DNA from: a candidate division WOR-3 bacterium
GTDB taxonomy: Bacteria > Hydrothermota > Tepidihabitantia > B3-TA06
Direction: 5' to 3'
DNA: 64,000 nt
NCBI GenBank assembly: GCA_965649265.1
Contig: CBFGKC010000009.1
Span: 1-64,000 of the forward strand
The first letter of the stretch is position 1. Each line of letters starts with the position of its first letter. Both the position numbers and the translations under genes were made by a program. Positions 59,050 through 64,000 of this stretch are shown here, in pieces. A model generated the notes under the pieces. It was given only the letters and a program-made list of their open reading frames with translations, did no database searches and was not told the DNA's origin.

Positions 59050-59217
59050 ACCCCACAAAATCGCTCCACGATTTTGCGGGGACCCCGATTGCCGCAGGGG
59101 CGGCTGACCGTCCAGAGGACGGTTTGAAGTTTGCCCCTATTTTTTTGTCTTGAGGGCAAACTTCTGACGATGAAAGTCATTGCTCCCCGCAAAAATGCAA
59201 GACATTTCTATGGGGTG
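59050..59217. repeat. Hairpin mosaic bounded by two inverted family C palindromes
   Basis: Palindromes at 59051-59081 and 59185-59215; internal hairpins at 59091-59104, 59107-59123 and 59126-59164. Confidence 0.8.
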
Positions 59218-59290
59218 TCAAGATTGACAAAAACCTGCGGTGGAGTAAAATACTGTCTTGGAAAATTGTCGCTTTTCGAAATTCATGTAA

Positions 59291-59364
59291 GCCCCCGTAG
59301 CTCAGAAGGATAGAGCGACGGTTTCCTAAACCGTAGGCCGTGGGTTCGAATCCCTCCGGGGGTA
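59291..59364 (+). tRNA. tRNA-Arg(CCT), CCA not encoded
   Basis: GCCCCCG/CGGGGGT acceptor stem, TAGCTCAG D-arm, ACGGT-TTCCTAA-ACCGT anticodon arm and GGTTCGAATCC T-arm; promoter TTGACA(59224)-16-TAAAAT. Confidence 0.96.
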
Positions 59365-59381
59365 TTTAAGAAAGGAGTTAT

Positions 59382-60107
59382 ATGCCGAAACGATCTGTTT
59401 CTTATCGTACTGGACACAAGCACATCCACCAGGAAGATGCATTTACAAAAGCGGTAGGGAAGGTCTACGAATATTACACCAAGTCACCGCTTCAGGCAAT
59501 CTTAACCACTGTCGGTGCTATCGGCGTGGTGGTTTTAGGCACCATTTTCCTCGTCAGGATTCTTGGAGGCACACAAGCGGCTCCACCAAAAGAGGCTTCA
59601 CTCTCCTTGAGAACCGCTCAGATTCTATTACAACAGCAGAATGTAAAGGCATCTGAAGACAGCCTGCGGAATCTTATCAACCGTTATCCCAAAACCGTTC
59701 CGGGCAAAAAGGCGATTTATTATCTCGGTCAAGCCCTTTACTTCGAAGGAAGGTATCCTGAAGCAAGAGAACAATTTGCGAAATTTGAAAAAGCTTATCC
59801 TAACAAAAAATCCTTCCTTCTTGCATCTGCTCTTTACGGAGTGGCAAATTGTTATGAAGAAGAAGGAAAGCTTGAGGAAGCTGCGGCAACCTATCTCGAT
59901 CTTACGAAGAAGTACCCTAAATCCGGACTTAAGCCTCATGCTCTGCTGGGCGCAGGACGCTGTTACATTCTCGCAAAAAAATACGACAAAGCCCAACCCT
60001 TGCTTGAACAAATAACAAAGGACTACCCCAGAAGGGAATATCCAGTCATCTACGCAAAGGCAGAAAGTCAGCTTGGAGAAATTGAAGCCCTGAAGAATTT
60101 ATTTTAG
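59382..60107 (+). CDS. Membrane-anchored TPR protein (YfgM/CpoB/BamD-like)
   Basis: Single TM followed by TPRs with repeated KxYP motifs. Confidence 0.82.
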   Translation: MPKRSVSYRTGHKHIHQEDAFTKAVGKVYEYYTKSPLQAILTTVGAIGVVVLGTIFLVRILGGTQAAPPKEASLSLRTAQILLQQQNVKASEDSLRNLINRYPKTVPGKKAIYYLGQALYFEGRYPEAREQFAKFEKAYPNKKSFLLASALYGVANCYEEEGKLEEAAATYLDLTKKYPKSGLKPHALLGAGRCYILAKKYDKAQPLLEQITKDYPRREYPVIYAKAESQLGEIEALKNLF

Positions 60108-60616
60108 GGATTTTCGTTCGGCTTTACTTTGGGTTTTAGTGTCGTTTCCTCGAGTAGGGAAATGTAATCCATGCGTGCAGCTTCAAACGAGGCTTTAGCC
60201 AACTCGCGCTCATTAAGTGCAGGTTTGCTGGTATCTTTCCCGGCAATCAATTCGCGAACATAACGTTCCCCCTCCCCTATACCTGAAGAAAAGGCGAGGC
60301 GATATATTCCGAGAAGAGAGTTAGTAAGGGCAGAATCAAGTTCTATTCCCGAAGAATCACAAAAGGCTTCCATTGAATTTATGCCCGTAACACCCCAGGA
60401 ATTAAGAGCTTCAGACTCGACGTTTATCTCCGAGGATGTCAGTGTCCCGGCAAGGAAGCCTTCGGCGGCTTCCAGGGTAAAAATCATACCTTCTATGAAA
60501 CCCATCTCGTATGCGTGTTCTGCAAGAGCTTCACGAAGCTGCCTGTCCTTGCTGTTACAGGAAATTGTGGAAAGCGAAACCAGGAACGCGATAAAAATGA
60601 AGATTGTTTTTTTCAC
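60104..60616 (-). CDS. Hypothetical lipoprotein
   Basis: GTG start gives MKKTIFIFIAFLVSLSTISC (lipobox); promoter TTGACT-17-TATACT-5 nt-GTG. Confidence 0.75.
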   Translation of the reverse strand: MKKTIFIFIAFLVSLSTISCNSKDRQLREALAEHAYEMGFIEGMIFTLEAAEGFLAGTLTSSEINVESEALNSWGVTGINSMEAFCDSSGIELDSALTNSLLGIYRLAFSSGIGEGERYVRELIAGKDTSKPALNERELAKASFEAARMDYISLLEETTLKPKVKPNENP

Positions 60617-60650
60617 TTCCGAGTATAGAACCATAGCCGGAAAAAGTCAA

Positions 60651-60727
60651 CCCGTAACACCTCCCGTAACACCTCCCGTAACACAACCCGTAACACAACC
60701 CGTAACACAACCCCGCGCCCGTAACAC
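60651..60727 (-). repeat. Family A tandem tract, 12-bp units
   Basis: CCCGTAACACCT x2, CCCGTAACACAA x3 and one more CCCGTAACAC; abuts the -35 box at 60645-60650. Confidence 0.95.
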
Positions 60728-60975
60728 GCTGCAATAACCAACGTCTCGGCGAGCGTAATGAAACTTCTCGTACCCTTAAAGAGATGGGCCTGAGTGTGGA
60801 TTAAGGCTTTATTCCCGAAAGCGGTTTCCACCCCAGAGGATAACTCACCGGTGCTCAGCGCATGAAACATGAGCCGTGATCCATACCTTCAACATGCCTG
60901 CGAGCTTATCTTTTTTTGTTGCGACTCTCGAGCTGCATTACATTGACAGCGTTTGCGGCGAACGTATCATCTGCA

Positions 60976-61983
60976 ATGTTTAAAACTGTACGGCCCTTCA
61001 TCTTTTTAACGCTGCTTGCGGCTTGTTCAAGCGAAAAGTATCTCGAAGAAACCCGATTCCCGATGAGTACCTATTTCAAGATCAAGATATGGGGCTCTTC
61101 TGATGAGATGTTGAACAAGGCAATGGATGAGGCATTCAGGGAGGTGGATAGAATTGACAGTCTCACAAGCGCCTTCAGCCCCTCCAGCGCGGTATGGGTT
61201 TTGAATACGAAGGGGGAGGTGGTCTCGGCCGATCTTGCAGAACTCGCGACCAGGGCGCTTGAAATAAGCAGGGAAAGCGGTGGCTCTTTCGATCCGACGG
61301 TGCTCGGGCTGATGAATCTTTGGGGATTCAGGGACTCCACTCATTCCAGCTACAGGGTTCCATCAAAAGAAGAGATAGATTCAGCACTTAGTTACGTTGA
61401 TTACAGAAAGATCGCGGTATCCGGCGATACGGTAAGCCTGAGGCCGGTCGGCGAAGAAGCTTTGAGGATTAATAGAGGTTCCAAAGGGCTCCTCTGGGGC
61501 GTCGATCTCTCGGCGATTGCCGAAGGCTATGCGGTGGACAGGGTAATCAGGATACTCAAGGAAAATGGAGTATCAAGAGGCATTGTGGACGCAGGAGGCG
61601 ATATAGGCTGTTTCGGCGAGCGAAAGGGCGGATGGAGCATAGGGATAAGAAATCCCAGAGGTGAAGGACTGCTTGCCATCGTTCATGTTAAAGAGGGAGG
61701 CATAGGAACGTCTGGGGATTATGAGAACTTCTTCGAAAAGGACGGCCAAAGGTATCATCATCTGATGAACCCGGCAACGGGTTACCCCGCACGAGGAGCG
61801 GTATCGGCGACCATAATTGCACCTACCGCGACCGAGGCCGATGCATGGGCAAAGCCTTTATTCGTAATGGGTGAGAAGGGAATCTCATTCCTTGATTCGA
61901 TGGGTAGAATTCAAGGCATGCTGGTGATGAATGACGGTCGAATATTGACCACTAAAGGATTCCCGAAACTGGAAAAACCGTGA
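60976..61983 (+). CDS. apbE: FAD:protein FMN transferase ApbE (lipoprotein)
   Basis: LAAC lipobox; FDPTV, DLSAIAEGYAVD, DAGGDI, GTSGDYE and RYHHLMNP.TGYP motifs; start ATG 60976. Confidence 0.93.
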   Translation: MFKTVRPFIFLTLLAACSSEKYLEETRFPMSTYFKIKIWGSSDEMLNKAMDEAFREVDRIDSLTSAFSPSSAVWVLNTKGEVVSADLAELATRALEISRESGGSFDPTVLGLMNLWGFRDSTHSSYRVPSKEEIDSALSYVDYRKIAVSGDTVSLRPVGEEALRINRGSKGLLWGVDLSAIAEGYAVDRVIRILKENGVSRGIVDAGGDIGCFGERKGGWSIGIRNPRGEGLLAIVHVKEGGIGTSGDYENFFEKDGQRYHHLMNPATGYPARGAVSATIIAPTATEADAWAKPLFVMGEKGISFLDSMGRIQGMLVMNDGRILTTKGFPKLEKP

Positions 61984-62963
61984 AGGAAGCGCTCTATTAC
62001 GAAAAGCTGGAAGGCCAAAGAGTTCGCTGCAAGCTGTGCTTTCACGAATGCATACTTGCCCAGGGAGATGAAGGTTTCTGCCTCGCGAGACGAAATGAAG
62101 CAGGCGTCCTTGTGGCAGAGACCTACGGTGAACTCGTGGCCGCGCATCTTGATCCAATCGAAAAGAAGCCGCTTTATCATTTTCACCCCGGGGAGGAGAT
62201 ACTGTCGGTGGCCGCTTCGGGCTGCAATCTTGCCTGTCCCTTCTGTCAGAACGTTGAGATATCAAGAAAGCACACCGCATCCGAATTCGCGTCTCCGGCA
62301 AAGCTTGTGGAGACTGCAATGCGCAGCCGTTCAAAGGGCATTGCCTACACCTACACCGAGCCGCTTGTGTGGTTCGAATACGTGCTTGATACCTCAAAAG
62401 CGGCGCACAAGAAAGGCCTGTACAACGTTATTGTCTCTAACGGAACAATAAACGAGGAGCCTTTAGCCGGGCTTATCCCCCATCTCGATGCCGCAAACAT
62501 AGATCTCAAGGGCGACAGGGAGTTTTACCGCAAGGTTCTCAAAGGCGACAGGGATTCAACCATAAGGACGATAAGGATGCTCCACCAGGCGGGCGTCCAT
62601 GTCGAGGTGACGCTATTGCTGATTCCGGGCGGGAATGATTCCGAAGAGCAGGCCGAGGAGGAAATTTCCTTCATTGCGTCGGTGGACTGCAGAATCCCTT
62701 TCCACATTTCCAGATACTTCCCTCACAACGCTTACCCCTCTCCCCCTACGCCTGTGGAAACCATGGAAAGAGTATACTACAAAGCCAAGGAACGACTCAC
62801 CTATGTTTATCTCGGCAACGTTATGCTCGAACGCGGAAACGACACCTGCTGCCCTCACTGCCAGGCAGTGCTCGTGGAACGAGCCGGATATCGAATCAAG
62901 ACAACAGGGATAAAAGATTCGCGCTGCATCTCATGCGGCAGAAAAGTCGATTTCGTGCTGTGA
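61980..62963 (+). CDS. amrS: AmmeMemoRadiSam system radical SAM enzyme
   Basis: DPIEKKPLYHFHPG, GCNLACPFCQN, AYTYTEP and YVYLGNV motifs. Confidence 0.92.
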   Translation: MKEALYYEKLEGQRVRCKLCFHECILAQGDEGFCLARRNEAGVLVAETYGELVAAHLDPIEKKPLYHFHPGEEILSVAASGCNLACPFCQNVEISRKHTASEFASPAKLVETAMRSRSKGIAYTYTEPLVWFEYVLDTSKAAHKKGLYNVIVSNGTINEEPLAGLIPHLDAANIDLKGDREFYRKVLKGDRDSTIRTIRMLHQAGVHVEVTLLLIPGGNDSEEQAEEEISFIASVDCRIPFHISRYFPHNAYPSPPTPVETMERVYYKAKERLTYVYLGNVMLERGNDTCCPHCQAVLVERAGYRIKTTGIKDSRCISCGRKVDFVL

Positions 62964-63328
62964 ATCGCATTTTTAAGAGAGCCGACGTGATTCTAGCCGT
63001 CGTCATCGTTATGGCAGCAGGCGCAGTGTGGCTCACGACAAGCCTCCTCAACCACAAAGGTGAAGCCAGAACGATAAAGATCAGCTCTGCAAAAGATGAC
63101 TTCGAGATTCCGCTCTCGGATACCCTTCTTGAGATTCCTGGGGTGTTAGGACAAACCTCGATAAGGATCAAGGACGGCCAGGTATGGGTGGAGAAGGCCT
63201 CATGCCCTAATAAGGTGTGCGTGAGACAGGGAAAAATCTCAAAGCCGGGCGAGACGATAGTGTGTCTTCCGAACAGGGTAGTAATCACGATTGAAGGAGC
63301 GAAGAAAACCGATGCGGTCACGTACTGA
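62960..63328 (+). CDS. NusG domain II-containing protein
   Basis: KRADVIL + TM, ASCPNKVCV..G.I and IVCLPNRVVI motifs; GTGA overlap at 62960. Confidence 0.9.
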   Translation: MNRIFKRADVILAVVIVMAAGAVWLTTSLLNHKGEARTIKISSAKDDFEIPLSDTLLEIPGVLGQTSIRIKDGQVWVEKASCPNKVCVRQGKISKPGETIVCLPNRVVITIEGAKKTDAVTY

Positions 63329-63377
63329 GAAATGTGAAGGAAGAATGAATCCGGAAAGCGAAGATTGAGGACTGCAG

Positions 63378-64000
63378 TTGAACAAGAAGACACTTAAAGG
63401 GAAAAAAAGACGATACGTCACGAATTCGGAACAAAAAGTGGAAGAGACGGATGGAAGTGTTGCGGGTGTTGCGGGTGTTATTTCCTCTGATCTAAAGCTG
63501 CTGATGGAAATGACCTGTGGGATGAGGACTCATCCCAGGGGTCAGACCCTGCCCCGAAGGGGTATGGGTGTTACGGGGGGTGGAGGTGTTACGGGTGTTA
63601 CGGGTACGGGTGTTACGGGTACGGGTGTTACGGGTACGGGAGGCTTAACGCCGAGACAGAGAAACCTGGCGCTTCTGGCCGGTCTTTCTGTCGCGCTTTA
63701 CACTTTAGAGAATCTCATACCGCTACCGATTCCCTGGCTGAGGATAGGAATAGGCAACGTCGGCGTGCTGATGGCGCTTTATATGCTCGGTCCGCTGGAC
63801 GGCTTTTTCGTGTTATTGATCAAGATAGTGGTGGGTTCGCTTCTTTCGGGTAGATTTCTGGGGCCGTTCTTTATTTTCGCGCTCGGCGCTGGAATACCCT
63901 CGTACTGGATCATGGCGGGTGTTAAAAAACTTTTCGGACGCGTGTTCGGGCCTGTAGGCGTAAGTGTTGCAGGTGCATTGTTTCACAACATCTTCCAGCT
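63378..64000 (+). CDS. Gx transporter family (heptaprenyl-PP synthase component I-like) membrane protein; 3' end outside the window, start uncertain
   Basis: Manual translation from 63645: LTPRQRNLALLAGLSVALYTLENLIPLPIPWLRIGIGN...GVSVAGALFHNIFQ. Frame is open back to TTG 63378 (GAGGA SD). It is the usual partner of NusG II proteins. Confidence 0.8.
   Translation, partial: MNKKTLKGKKRRYVTNSEQKVEETDGSVAGVAGVISSDLKLLMEMTCGMRTHPRGQTLPRRGMGVTGGGGVTGVTGTGVTGTGVTGTGGLTPRQRNLALLAGLSVALYTLENLIPLPIPWLRIGIGNVGVLMALYMLGPLDGFFVLLIKIVVGSLLSGRFLGPFFIFALGAGIPSYWIMAGVKKLFGRVFGPVGVSVAGALFHNIFQ
63457..63640 (+). repeat. Family A composite: tracts of 9-15 bp units flanking the 82-bp three-hairpin core (63481-63562)
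   Basis: GTGTTGCGG x2, then the core, then GTGTTACGGG and (GTGTTACGGGTACGG) x3. Confidence 0.95.

Noticed and set aside
59291-59364. tRNA as an integration site of an island
   Set aside because: There is no integrase and I found no duplicated tRNA 3' end; the downstream gene follows after 17 bp.
60384-60396. CCCGTAACACCCC inside the lipoprotein gene
   Set aside because: It is a single coding copy (WGVTG) and cannot be told apart from chance.
63366-63368. Selenocysteine or readthrough at the in-frame TGA upstream of Gx
   Set aside because: There is no Cys-equivalent context or adjacent SECIS-like hairpin, and TGA is a normal stop throughout the window.
10401-63640. CRISPR array interpretation of the repeat tracts
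   Set aside because: Units are 9-15 bp and contiguous, with no regular unique spacers, and there are no cas genes in the window.

Overview
This is a bacterial chromosomal window, mostly housekeeping genes. They include surE, a two-subunit GMP synthase, lon, hsp20, rny, 6S RNA, zapA, pheT, mnmA, pepA, rpmB, corA, era, addAB, speB, acpS, tRNA-Arg(CCT) and an apbE-amrS-NusG II-Gx operon. It also holds three tandem secreted S8 proteases with FlgD/T9SS-like tails, two nucleotide-sugar clusters and three SIMPL (DUF541) paralogs. The gene content suggests an anaerobic, proteolytic, uncultured lineage such as WOR-3, but this is inference only. The most unusual signal is non-coding. Two families of G-rich short tandem tracts recur across the window, with cores GTGTTACGG and CTGAGGAGGG and a different unit length at each locus. 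They run right up to -35 boxes or stop codons and sometimes wrap a conserved multi-hairpin cassette: an 82-bp core in two copies 38 kb apart, and a ~40-bp core in two copies. One composite sits in frame at the 5' end of the Gx gene. A third palindrome family sits in frame inside mnmA. Other points: about 10 apparently leaderless genes, a dominant 16-bp -35/-10 spacer, an archaeal (Thermoplasmata-like) split GMP synthase, and a palindrome-HNH-palindrome-DUF559 cassette. No CRISPR array, transposase, integrase or reverse transcriptase is visible in the window. All family calls come from motif recognition; no searches were run.
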